42,752 bases of DNA, from assembly GCF_006345805.1 (NCBI RefSeq), contig NW_021835062.1, forward strand, positions 1 through 42,752. Reading direction: 5' to 3'. Source of the DNA: Octopus sinensis (taxonomy: Eukaryota). This document shows, piece after piece, positions 1-11,276 of the stretch. Positions within the stretch are counted from its first letter, which is position 1. Each line of letters starts with the position of its first letter. The notes under the pieces were generated by a model, which was not told where the DNA came from, ran no database searches, and worked only from the letters and a program-made list of their open reading frames with translations. A program made the translations under genes and the position numbers.

Positions 1-295
1 GTAGCATTGGTTGTAGTAGTAGTAGTGGGGCTAGTGTTGGTAGAAGAAGTGGAAAAATATTGTTTTGGTTGGTGATGGAGGCGTTACTTGTCGACAGGAT
101 AATGAAATGAAACGGCTGTCAAAGGTCGTTGTGGTGGTAGAAACATTAGAAAAGGAGGCGCTTTCGTTGTTGTTATGGTGGTGGTCGTCGCTGTCCTTTG
201 ATGTTGCTGTTGTTGTTGTTGTTGTCGTCGTCGTCGTCATCGTTGTTGTTGTTGTTGTTAAGCAACAAGACAGGTAAGGGTGATTAGGTGATGGT

Positions 296-513
296 CTAGG
301 GCTTAGGGACGGAAGACCCCAGACCTTGGAAAAGAAAAAAAAAACTTGGGGGGGGTCTTGTTGTAGTCGAGGACTCTTCGTTGACGCCCGACACCACTGA
401 GAAGTGGCTCTCGAAGTCGCTGGAAATGGAGATCTCCAGGTCCAAACTTTTGAACGGCTGCTGCTGCTGTTTTAACTCTATCTCAAGGCTGGCAACGCCG
501 GGAAACCTTTTGC
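296..513 (-). other. Candidate exon of a minus-strand host transcript (coding status uncertain)
   Basis: A minus-strand acceptor (tatttttcag|GC) lies at 514/513. One frame reads KRFPGVASLEIELKQQQQPFKSLDLEISISSDFESHFSVVSGVNEESSTTTRPPPSFF... to a TAG at 298-296. No family recognised; it may be UTR. Confidence 0.3.
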
Positions 514-556
514 CTGAAAAATAACGAAATGGAAGCTATTTTGGATTTATTATTCA

Positions 557-959
557 CTAGCAGTATCGCCCGGCGTTGCTCGGGTTTGTAAGGGAAATAA
601 CTATATAAGCATTTTTAGAGAGTTATAGCCAAAAAATAGCAAAAAATGCATTAAAAATGGAAAAAAAATTATAGTAAATTTTTTTTTTAATCGTTGACTC
701 ATCGTAGACATTTTTAGAGAGTTACTTCCCTTATATAATAGCGAAAAAAATGCATTAAAATGGAAAAAAAATGATGGAAATTTTTTTTTTTAATCGTAGA
801 CTCATCGTAGACCGCGCGCTAATACCCAGAAGGGCTCGATATGAATCACGACTATAAGATACCCGGTTTGGTTACACTGCAACCGCAAAATGTGGGAGTA
901 GTTAGGAATCTAAATCGTAGGAGACAGACAGCACACAACTTCACTTTTATATATAAAGA
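557..959 (-). mobile_element. Non-autonomous Helitron, family 1, copy 1
   Basis: On the minus strand it begins TCTTTATATATAAAAG and ends with a CCCG-AGCAACGC-CGGG hairpin followed by CTAG. It sits between A and T with no TSD. A closely similar copy is at 25205-25603. Confidence 0.8.
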
Positions 960-1337
960 TTGTCGTTTGTGATATTGTTATTTAGTTGTTGGTGCCCGGG
1001 ATGATATTTATGTAAAAATCATTCTGACCAATATTTAAATGAAATTACATTTTCGTTTCAGGAAACAAAAGCCTTTAGGTTTATCAGCTTGTTGACATGC
1101 AACCACTTCTCACTATTAAACAATACACCTTATTAACATCTAGGCAGGAGTCGGGGGTGGGGGTGGGAGATAGGTGCACATTTCCTTACTAGGAAGGAAA
1201 TGTGAGTTTTAAAATCCTATTTTTCCTAAGGAGATGAGGAACAAACTCTAGAAACAGAAATTCAAAATTCTGAAGGAGATATCTGAAAAGAAGTAAACAA
1301 AAACGTAACGTTACAGTCTGTGCAGTTTGTCAAGCCA

Positions 1338-1428
1338 TGGTGATGATGATGATGATGATGATGGTGGTAATGATGGTGGTGATAGTGATGGTGATGACGA
1401 TGATGATGATGGTGATGAAGACGATGAA

Positions 1429-1461
<33 letters not shown>

Positions 1462-1466
1462 GGTGG

Positions 1467-1501
<35 letters not shown>

Positions 1502-1546
1502 GTGACGATGATGATGATGATGATGGTGATGATGATGGTGATGATG

Positions 1547-1578
<32 letters not shown>

Positions 1579-1617
1579 GATGATTATGATGATGGTGATG
1601 GTGATGATGGTAATGGC

Positions 1618-1648
<31 letters not shown>

Positions 1649-1700
1649 GTGATGACGACGACGATGATGATGATGGTGATGATGATGATGTTGATGATGG
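1338..1700. repeat. (GAT/GGT)n microsatellite
   Basis: Seen directly; it explains the poly-H/D/I/M ORFs. Confidence 0.95.
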
Positions 1701-1739
1701 CTTCTAATGTAGGCACAAAGCCAACATTCTTTAAAAGAG

Positions 1740-2290
1740 GGGTAGTAATCCATACCATCGACCAATAGTGCTTAACTAGTACTTTTATTTTGTCGACCCC
1801 AGAGAGATGAAAGACAAACATGACGCCGGCGGGATTTGAACCCAGAAAAATAAAGCGCCGAAATAAATACCTCGAAGCGTCTTCCAACGATCAAATAATT
1901 TTTTCAACTCAATAATAATAATTCTTTCTACTAAAGGTATACGGTTTGGTGGGAGGGACTGATCGACTAGATCGAAGCCGGTGCTCATCTGGTACTTCAT
2001 GTTATCGATCCCGAAAGGATGACAGGCAAAGTTGACCTCGGCGGCATCTGAACTCAGAGCGTAATGCTGAAAGAAATGCCGCTAAGTGTTTTTACGACTT
2101 GCTAACAATTTGGCCAGCTTGCCACTTTTAAGCAAAGAAGGTTGGCTTCAAAGCCAGCAACTTTAAGGGAGGAGTTAAATTGATAGCATCTACCTCAGTC
2201 CATGAGGGTAATTATTTTATTGACCCCCTAAACGATGAAAGGCAAAAATCGACCTCGGTTGAATTTGTACTCAGAGCCAAACTAAGAGTA
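1740..2290 (-). mobile_element. Three degraded family-B SINE fragments
   Basis: Diverged matches to gaccccgaaaggatgaaaggcaaagtcgacctcggcggaatttgaactcag near 1795, 2008 and 2222. Confidence 0.65.
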
Positions 2291-2574
2291 CAAGACATTT
2301 TCCCAGCGATGACCAAAAGCCTGTAAAACCATACAAAACTCTGCTTCACTCAGCCTAGAGCCTACGCAAAACACTTTCTATCCAATGGCATAAACGAAAC
2401 AGTACAACGTCACAAACAACCAACCGATAAAATAACACAACACGTTACTCCGGAACTGATAACGAATTGTACAGTAACTAACATTCTACATAACAACCAC
2501 TCATTAATATCACACACACATACACACACATATACACACCTGTATGTGTATATATGTATGTATATGTGTGTGTG

Positions 2575-2622
<48 letters not shown>

Positions 2623-2743
2623 ATGTGTTATATATTATATTATATATATAATATATATATATATATAATATATATATATATATGTATATATTATATATAT
2701 ATATATATATGTAATACAAGTCGTTCGTGTAGCATTGCACGCG

Positions 2744-2836
2744 GCTGCTGAAGAAGGCTTTTGATCTATCTGTTATATCGATTATGCATTGATGTAAGAA
2801 TAAGTTGTTCTATAAAGCCCGAAACATATGTACCGC
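2744..2836 (+). ncRNA. Type I hammerhead ribozyme motif with extended stem II
   Basis: CTGAAGA (2748-2754); A.C then GGCTTT/AAAGCC stem II; GAAA (2821-2824); palindromic stem III ACATATGT; cleavage triplet GTA (2830-2832); stem I GCTG/CCGC with one mismatch. Confidence 0.6.
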
Positions 2837-3019
2837 AACATCCTTTGCGTCCTGTTTTTCATTTATTTCATTTGATACATATATCCTATCACCTATGCTA
2901 CTAGCTGGCACATACAGGTGCTTACATTTATCAAGTATTCACCCTGAATTTTTTGTATATATATATATATATATATGCATGTATGTATGTATGATGTGTG
3001 TGTATCATGTATGTACGTA

Positions 3020-3420
3020 GTACGCAGGCGTGTCTGAGTGGTAAGAAGTCTGCTTCCCAACAACATGGTTCCACTGCTTGGCACTTTGGGCAAGTGTCCT
3101 CGGGCCGACCAAAGCTTGGTAATTGGATTTGGTAGATGGAAACTAAATGAAACCCGTCGTATATATATATATATGTGTGTGTGTGTCTGTGTATGTATGT
3201 ATATATCTATATGCGTCTTTGTCTCTGGGGATACACAGAGACATACCGTCTAACAATCGCTGTTGGTGTGTTTACATGCCCGTAACTTGGCGGTTCGGCA
3301 AGAGAGACGATAGAATAAGTAATATGCTTTAAAATAATAAGACTTGGGGTCGATTTGTTCGACTAAAAAACCTTCAAGGTGGTGCATGGCTGCAGTCAAC
3401 TGACTGACGCAGGTAAAAGA
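3020..3420 (+). mobile_element. tRNA-derived SINE, family A
   Basis: Head gcaggcgtg...tggtaagaag; ttgggcaagtgtc core; internal TA/TG tract; tail ggtggtgcatggctgcagtcaactgactga. Multiple copies in the window. Confidence 0.8.
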
Positions 3421-3502
3421 ATAGAAGAATATATATATGTAAGTACGTACGTACGTACGTATGTATGTATGTATTCATGTGTGTGTGTATATATATATAT
3501 AT

Positions 3503-3551
<49 letters not shown>

Positions 3552-4095
3552 GTGCGATGGGTAAATTTTCGCCATTTTATATTTTATAATTTTAATTTCG
3601 TGCATACACATTGTTTTTGATTTTGTCGACTACACAGTATAGTAGAGTCAATTGGGCACCGTCTGTGAGTAAAAAAACAGCACCATGACGCAATTCACTT
3701 TGTCACAAATTTGGAATCGACATGCTGTGCTGCTTGGCATTCGCGCCAGAAGCTCCAATACAAGCATTTCAGAGTGTTTGGGTGTCAATTTGAGGAGAGT
3801 GCATATAACAAGAGCGATAAAAATCACTAAGAGTGATAAAAATCACTAAGAGTGATAAACATCCGCTCAACATCATGGTGTTTGGAGTGATTACTAGCGA
3901 TGGCAACGTTATGTCTCCACTCATCTACCCACAAGGCCTCACATTCAACACGAATCCAAAATCACAAGTGCCTGGAGGAGGTGGTGCTGCCCTAGGTCAA
4001 GAGGGTGGCTGCTGGAAGACACTATTTCTGACAACAGGACTCTGCACCATGCCACACAAGGTAGTCATGGCTGTCAGACAATTTCTGCGACTACA

Positions 4096-4327
4096 GAAGG
4101 CGGTGAGCTGCAGAATCGTTAACACGCCGGACAAAATGCTTAGCGGTATTTCGTCTGTCTTTACGTTCTGAGTTCAAATTCCGCCGAGGTCGACTTTGCC
4201 TTTAATCCTTTCGGAGTTATAAATTAAGTACCAGTTACGCACTGGGGTCGATGTAATCGACTTAATCCCTTTGTCTGTCCTTGTTTGTCCCCTCTATGTT
4301 TAGCCCCTTGTGGGCAATAAAGAAATA
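4096..4327 (+). mobile_element. Family-B SINE, full length, 18-bp TSD
   Basis: TSD acaatttctgcgactaca at 4078-4095 and 4328-4345; B-box-like gagttcaaattcc; tail gccccttgtgggcaataaagaaata. Confidence 0.9.
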
Positions 4328-4403
4328 ACAATTTCTGCGACTACATCACCGCTAACATCTGACTACCTAACTCCCCAGACTGCAACCCACTTGATTATTA
4401 TAT

Positions 4404-4618
4404 ATTTCTTTACTACCCACAAGGGGCTAAACACAGAGGGGACAAACAAGGACAGACAAAGGGATTAAGTCGACTACATCGACCCCAGCGTAACTGGTAC
4501 TTAATTTATCGACCCCGAAAGGATGAAAGGCAAAGTCGACCTCGGCGGAATTTGAACTCGGAACGTAACGACAGACGAATTTCGCCCGGCGTGCTAACGT
4601 TTCTACCAGCTCGCCGCC
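4404..4618 (-). mobile_element. Family-B SINE, 13-bp TSD
   Basis: TSD ttgattattatat at 4391-4403 and 4619-4631. Confidence 0.9.
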
Positions 4619-4932
4619 TTGATTATTATATGTGAGGTGCAGTTGAGCGAGAGGTCAACAAACTCCTTGTAACACCAAAGATGAACTGAAGCCAAGGATT
4701 ATGGCAGCATTGACCAATTTAAACAAGGTGACAGTACAGAAGAGTTCCAGGAGATTCTGAAGTCGTCTGGAGGCCGTGTTTGAAGCCAATGACGATTTTA
4801 GAGAATGAATTTCCTCTTTAGTATTTTAAGATGTTTTCATGTAATTTTGGTAAATATATCTGTTAAAATAAGATGTCACTATTATTTTCATTTTTGCGTA
4901 ATTTAGACGACAATATATTCACCGCACCCTGT

Positions 4933-4941
4933 ACACACACA

Positions 4942-5018
<77 letters not shown>

Positions 5019-5760
5019 TATATACATACATATACATGTATATAGGTATGTAAGTCTCGAATGCATAATAACTTTAAAAACAGCTTAGAATATTGGATAA
5101 ATACCCTTAGAAGTCGAAAAAGTGACCAGCAAGCTACTACACAGGATCGAATCCTATATACATATATGCATGCACGCATACATACATACATACATACATA
5201 CATACATACATACATACATACATACATACATACATGCATGCATACATACATACATACATACATACATACATACATACATACATACATACATACATACGTA
5301 CGTACATACATACCATACATACATAACATACATACATACATTACATACATACATACATGCATGCATGCATACATACATACATAACATACATACATACATA
5401 CATACATACAACATACATACATACATACATACATACATACATACATGCATGCATGCATACATACATACATACATACATACATACATACATACATACATAC
5501 ATACATACAAAAATCTCCTGTTGTTGATGTTGATGTAGGTTAGAAACCGGCTCATTCTCTATTGGCAAGAAATCTTGAAATAAAACTGAATGACATACAT
5601 ACAAACATACATACACACTCACGCATACATACATACATACATACATGCATACATACATACATACATACACACACACACATACATACATACATACATACAT
5701 ACATACATACATACATACATACATACATACATACAAACATATATGCATGCGTGCATGCAT
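4933..5760. repeat. (CA)n and (TACA)n microsatellites
   Basis: Seen directly. Confidence 0.95.
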
Positions 5761-6103
5761 GCAGCCAGAAAGGTTTGGAGGCAAAATTTCATTCGCAAAG
5801 TTCAAGAAACAATATCGTTTCCGTTCGTTGTAAAAGTTAATAACCAAGTCTTTCACGACCTCACACTTCAATAGTTTCTGAAAGGATATTTTTTTACACT
5901 GTATCAAAGTAAAAATAACTTCATTGACAAAAAAGCTATCGCTGCTGTTAATGTACTTTCTACTTTGACACACCAGTTGTATAAACTGGATGTTATCTCG
6001 GTGATAAAATGAAAGAAGTGAAGCGATGTGTAAAAGATATAGATGAAGAAGCAATATTTTGTTTTTAAAGCAGATGCCTATTACAGACTTTAAAATAGCC
6101 ACC

Positions 6104-6142
6104 TAGGCGCAGGAGTGGCTGTGTGGTAAGAAGCTTGCTTCC
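6104..6142 (+). mobile_element. 5' head of a family-A SINE split by an insertion
   Basis: taggcgcaggagtggctgtgtggtaagaagcttgcttcc; the SINE resumes at 8205. Confidence 0.8.
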
Positions 6143-8204
6143 AGTTCCAGTTCGTTAGTGTTCTTCATTGTACCATTGAAGTCTCTACGCTGGTGTGCAA
6201 CGGACGAAAGACGCTCTACTGTAAGGTAAGACCTTTTTGAGTCCAGTGGGATTCGTTGTCTGTAAGGTTTATTTTTGTACAAGCAAGGCGTCCTCACTGG
6301 ATTCTGAGCTTTTGGTCTGCCTGCGGTAGAGACGTGTGTTTTTCTTACTTAGCTGTAAGAACTGCTGTCTGGAGGCGTATTTCGCCTCCAGATTAATTTA
6401 ATTTGAGAATTGAATTATTCTCATTTATTTTTGAGAACTGTGTTTGTTTGCCTGCGTGGAAGCCTTTTGGAAAATAATTTCAAGGAATTACACAAGGATT
6501 GAAAGAAGCTGTGAAGGCCAGGATTACCGTGCGGCCGAAAAAAATATTTGTCTTTGCTGTATCTTGAACTCTCGTTCTCTTCTTCTGTCGTTTATTTGGA
6601 AAAAAAAACTGTATTGAACTGATTATTTTTCTTTTTTTTCCCTCTTGTTAAGTCTTTCTTTTTTGTTTTTCTTTCTGTATTATTTTAAAAAAATTGTGGA
6701 CTATATTTGGAACTTTTTTTGCACATGGCAAGGAACAAATTTGTTGAATGGGAGTTGACACCTCCCAAAAAAATGGCTTGTGGAGTTTGAAAGAAAGACG
6801 GTGGTGTTGAGGACTTACTCCATGTCCCTCGACACCATAGCCGTCTTCCAGAAAAAAATAATTGAAAAAGAGCTGGCAGACTATATGCCAGTTATTAAAT
6901 ATATCTCACGGGGGTTCAAATATGCAACGGTGTGGTAGCTGTTTGACTCTCCAGAAGAAGCTTGCGAATTCGCAAGCCAGCTCCTGGAGGGCAGGGAGAA
7001 TTTTGTTCTTTCCTACTTATTGTGGGAAGAAGTTGACGAGGGCTTAGGTCTGCGGTTTGCCACCCGGAATTGAGGATACTATCCGCCGGGGTCTGGGTGG
7101 CAGCAGTACCAAGCTGTAAAAAATTTTTCTTGCGGCTGATTGGGAGGGATCAAAAGTTGTTTTGACCCTATGGACCCAGTCAGCCGAAAATTTGATTTTT
7201 TAAGGATTGCCGGGTCTAGGTATCCGGTGATACTTGAGGGACGCCCACCTCCCAAGTGTCATCTGTGCCTGGAACTGGCCATATTAAGAAGAACTGTCCT
7301 AAGAACCAAAATGAGGTCCTGGAGCAGTTAATAAAAGTACCACTCCCTGCTCCCTCATTGGTGGGAGAAAAGGAGGAAGTCGAGGAGGTTTCCACCTCCT
7401 CAAAAAAAGGAAGAAAACGAAAGGTGGGCAACCATCGTTGCCCACCGAAGAAACCCAGGGCTGCGGGAGGAGGGAGGATCTGCGGGACAAGGCAGAGGAA
7501 CTCCACCCTCCCGTGGCTCAAAGGAAAAACAGAAAATGGGACATCGCCTGCGGCTGGTGATATACTGCCGGCGTGTCCCGACGCATCTTTGGTGGGAGTT
7601 GTACCACCAATGATGGAGGCTGTACAGCCCGTCCGTGATATGGAGGAGGAATTTGTGGTCTTCTTCCATAAGGGAGGGACAGTGGAGCGCTTTGTTGGCA
7701 ATCTTAAACTGAAGGACCGGAGGGAGGGGATCCTGTCCTGCACGGAGGACCTTGAGTGGCCTTCGCAGGTGGCTGCGAAAATCATGAGGGAGAACGACCT
7801 GTTCATGAAAATGGATTCCTTCCCCAAGGATACCAATAGATTTATGTTGAATTGGCCCGACTTGGAGCCGTCCAGGTGTTTTTTTCTGAGGCGAGAAGTC
7901 TGGTCAGGCAAGAAGATTGTATTTTTGATACCTAAATGGACTTGAGTAAGAGGTTTATTGCCCCAAAATGGTTTCGTATGTAGTCAATGTAAGAGGTCTA
8001 TTGCCACCTTAATGTGTTTTTGTAAGAGGTTTGTTGCCTCAAAATGTTTTATAAAAAAACAATGTGCTCGGGTATACAGCAATTGGCGGGCGCTGATGTT
8101 ACCCTCATTTTTCACCATTTCATTTGTCATTCATATCATTATGTGTGTGTCCAGCCCGCAGCTTCCTTCCTGTGTAAGGCCCTTATAGCCAATTAAATTA
8201 ATAA
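6143..8204 (+). mobile_element. ORF1-only non-LTR retroelement (L1/Tx1 ORF1-like, HAL1-type architecture)
   Basis: Perfect 15-bp TSD aagaagcttgcttcc at 6128-6142 and 8205-8219. It ends aattaaattaataaa, carries a disrupted gag-like ORF, and has no endonuclease or RT. Confidence 0.75.
6725..7945 (+). pseudogene. Disrupted gag-like ORF1 with CCHC zinc knuckle
   Basis: Reconstructed across frameshifts and stops: MARNKFVEWELTPPKK/WLVEFERKTVVLRTYS...LFDSPEEACEFASQ/ILFFPTYCGKKLTRA*VCGLPPGI...YPVILEGRPPPKCHLCL/TGHIKKNCPK. The CX2CX4HX4C motif is at 7257-7297 with a 1-nt deletion. It continues into the 7256-7945 ORF. Confidence 0.7.
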
Positions 8205-8587
8205 AAGAAGCTTGCTTCCCCTCCACACGGCTCTGTGTTCAGTTCCACTTCGTGGCATCTTGGGCAACTGTCTTCTGCTATATCCTCGGACAGACTGAAA
8301 CCTTGTGATTAGATTTGGTAGACGGAAACTGAAAGAAGCCCGTCGAATATATGTGTGTGTATTTGTATGTTTGACTCTGTCCCCACCCACCTCCACTACC
8401 ACCATTGCTTGACAATCGATGTTGGTGTCTTTACGTCCACGTAACTTAACAGTTCGGCAAAAGAGACCGATAGGATAAGTACTAGGCTTGCAAAGAATAA
8501 GTCTTGGGGTCGATTTCTTCGACTAAAAACCCTTTAAAGCGGTGCTCCAGCATGGCCGCAGTAAAATGACTGAAACAAGTAAAAGAA
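8205..8587 (+). mobile_element. Remainder of the split family-A SINE
   Basis: Continues the family-A body to the tail gcggtgctccagcatggccgcagtaaaatgactgaaacaagtaaaag. Confidence 0.85.
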
Positions 8588-9269
8588 TTTTAAAATATGT
8601 ATTCAGAATATTATTAATGTATAACGATGTTGAGAGGCAACTGTGCTGAAGTATTTGTCTTGAGATAACATTTCTAATGAACATGCTGTTTTAAAAGCAT
8701 AATATAAACCAAAGAGAGAGAGGGGGAGGGGAATGGCGAAAATATGTTCCAGGGACCAGATGAGAGCGCCAAATGCTTACAGTCTTGTGGGCCTTTTCTA
8801 TGGCGCATAATCACAGCCAGCTTCATGCTCGAACGAGAATTCATCTCTGATATAGGCAAAAATGTTGGGATAAATTTTCGTTTCTCTCTAATATTTATTG
8901 TGTGTTTTAACACAGCAATCCATAAAGTATACTATCTCAGGACAAATATTGTAGCAACTGGCCTATCGACATTGTGACTCCATTAAGTATGATAAGGCTA
9001 TTTTAATTAAATGCTGCTTCAATTGCCTATACCGGATTTATAATCAGCCCGGCTGGCTGTTTACAACATCAGTGAATGTTTCTTTCACTTTTTCTTATAT
9101 CAGAGATAACGAGTACACCTAATAAAAAAAAGGCCCAAAATGGCCGAAATGCTTCGGGCATTTTCGCTGGCTGCTGCTGCTGCTGCTGTTGGTACGAATT
9201 TTCGTCTCTCTTTGATATGTATTGTTTTAACACAGCAAGTCCATAAGAGATGTTGCACAAGTCTCTTAA

Positions 9270-9505
9270 CCCCTGGTGGAGGGGTGTTGTTGGGACACTG
9301 CAGCCACGCAACGTATCTTGGACTAGTAAGCCTGGCGGAATCTCTCCTTCTCCAGGCGAAACTCATTTTTGCCAGCTGAGTGGACGGGAGCAACGTGAAA
9401 TGAAGCCTTTTGCTCAAAAACACAACGCATCGCCTGGTCCAGGAACTGAAACCACAATCTCACGATCGTCAGCCCACCACCCTAACCACACAGCCACGTG
9501 TCTAC
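9270..9505 (-). mobile_element. tRNA-derived SINE, family C
   Basis: Minus-strand head gtggctgtgtggttaggg...ggtttcagttcctgg, then ttgagcaaaaggcttcatttcacgttgctc. A related fragment lies at 34890-35005. Confidence 0.6.
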
Positions 9506-10238
9506 AGTAAGTGATGTTCTGTAAATGGCCTGTCTACAGTGTGTGCACATTGAGTATGATACATAGATGACTATTTTAGATAAATACTGATTTCATTGCG
9601 TATATCGGATTACAGACCATTTGTCATAATAAACTATTGAAAATATCTTGTTACATTTTTCGCTGATTTCTTACCTTTACTTCGTCCATTTTTACCTTTA
9701 CCTAAAACCTTGCGGCATCCCTCAGATTCCAGTCCACGAACGTGTAGTTTATATACGCAAATCAAGAGGAAATAGTTTAAAAGAATTAAACTAATTACAG
9801 CAGTTAATCTCAATGTCAATAGAATTATCTCGTGTTGGAATTGGTAATACAGGAATTTAAATATCTTTGCATTTATTACCAACCTGATTTCTTAGTCAAT
9901 TGCTTTTCGGGCTTCCATCTCTCCTTTTCTATCTCTCTCATCTATCCATGTCTTTATCCTTTTTTTTTTGTATGTGTGTATTTATTTCACCTTCCTTTAT
10001 TTTGTCATTCCTTCATTTCTTACTTTCCCCGCTTCTTTCTTTCTAGTTTCTTTTCTTACCCTCCCCATTCCTTACATCTTCTTTCTCTCCCTTCTTTACT
10101 CTATTATTTTCACTCCACTTCTTTATCTCCATATCTGTCTTGATTTCTTTCTTCCCTTTCCTTCCCAAATCTCTTACCTTTTTCTGTGCTTTAAAATGTC
10201 TTATACCTCTCTCTCTCTCTCTCTATCCTTCTCTCTCT

Positions 10239-10275
<37 letters not shown>

Positions 10276-10367
10276 TCTTTCATTTTTCTTTGGTGTACAC
10301 TATGCTAATTTTCATAACACACACACACAACACACACACACACATATATATATATAATATATATATA

Positions 10368-10593
10368 TTACTACGCTCAAGGGGCTAAACACGGAGGGGA
10401 CAAACAAGGAGAGACAAACGGATTAAGTCGATTACATCGACCCCAGTGCGTAACTGGTACTTAATTTATCGACCCCGAAAGGATGAAAGGCAAAGTCGAC
10501 CCCGGCGGAATTTGAACTCAGAACGTAACGACAGACGAAATACGGCTACGCATTTCGCCCGGCGTGCTAACGTTTCTGCCAGCTCGCTGCCTT
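10368..10593 (-). mobile_element. Family-B SINE
   Basis: Full body and head match the other copies. Confidence 0.85.
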
Positions 10594-10621
10594 CAACACA
10601 CACCCACACACACACACACAC

Positions 10622-10662
<41 letters not shown>

Positions 10663-10775
10663 ATATATATATACACCATCAAAAACTGTCTTATACTCAA
10701 TACGCTTACGTTTTTTAAAAATGTCCCCTTCCTTCATGTGGATATATGTACCTGTGTGTGTTTGTGTGTGTGTGT

Positions 10776-10856
<81 letters not shown>

Positions 10857-11276
10857 GTGTGTGTGTGTGGTGATTCATGGCTCTCATCTGAATTTCCAAA
10901 ATTTTATCTTTTCAAGAACATGCGGAATTGACGGTCGCTCTACAAACGAAGACCATTGCTGTGTAATGTTTTGCCAATTGTTTTCCTTTCAGTTTATTGT
11001 CCATCGTTACGAAGACATAAAACGAAAATCGCTCTCAAATGTAATCTTCGTAGCTTCCGTATATTCTAAGATACGAGAGTGGACAGTAACAATTTAACAA
11101 GAAGATTTGATAGCAGTGATTGTAATTGTCGTTGGCTGAATAGGATAGGTCGGATGGATAACGGTGTATGTGTAAAGCAGGACTTATTTAAGAGATTAAC
11201 AAAAGATGTGAAATGGTATAAAAATAAAATGGCCACAACAAAGCACGGAATGAAAGATAAAACTTGAAGAAAGTGT

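Larger units (their letters stand above)
3552..4933 (+). mobile_element. Degenerate Tc1/mariner-superfamily (maT/DDxD-like) transposon interrupted by two SINEs
   Basis: Transposase motifs KHPLNIMVFGVITSDG, QQDSAPCH and PNSPDCNPLDYY. Ends gtgcgatgggtaaatt / tattcaccgcaccctg-TA. A paralog lies at 30023-30831. Confidence 0.85.

Noticed and set aside
1262-1887. Poly-His, poly-Asp, poly-Ile and poly-Met ORFs
   Set aside because: They are translations of a (GAT)n microsatellite open in several frames.
4863-5874. YVCM/HTYI-repeat ORFs, also at 13-14, 19-20, 26-27, 33 and 36 kb
   Set aside because: They come from (TACA)n, (CA)n and (GATA)n microsatellites and are not genes.
5341-6102. 253-aa minus-strand ORF
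   Set aside because: More than half is microsatellite, the start is non-ATG, and the unique part has no recognisable motif.
7216-7911. 231-aa minus-strand ORF
   Set aside because: It is the antisense shadow of the retroelement ORF1.
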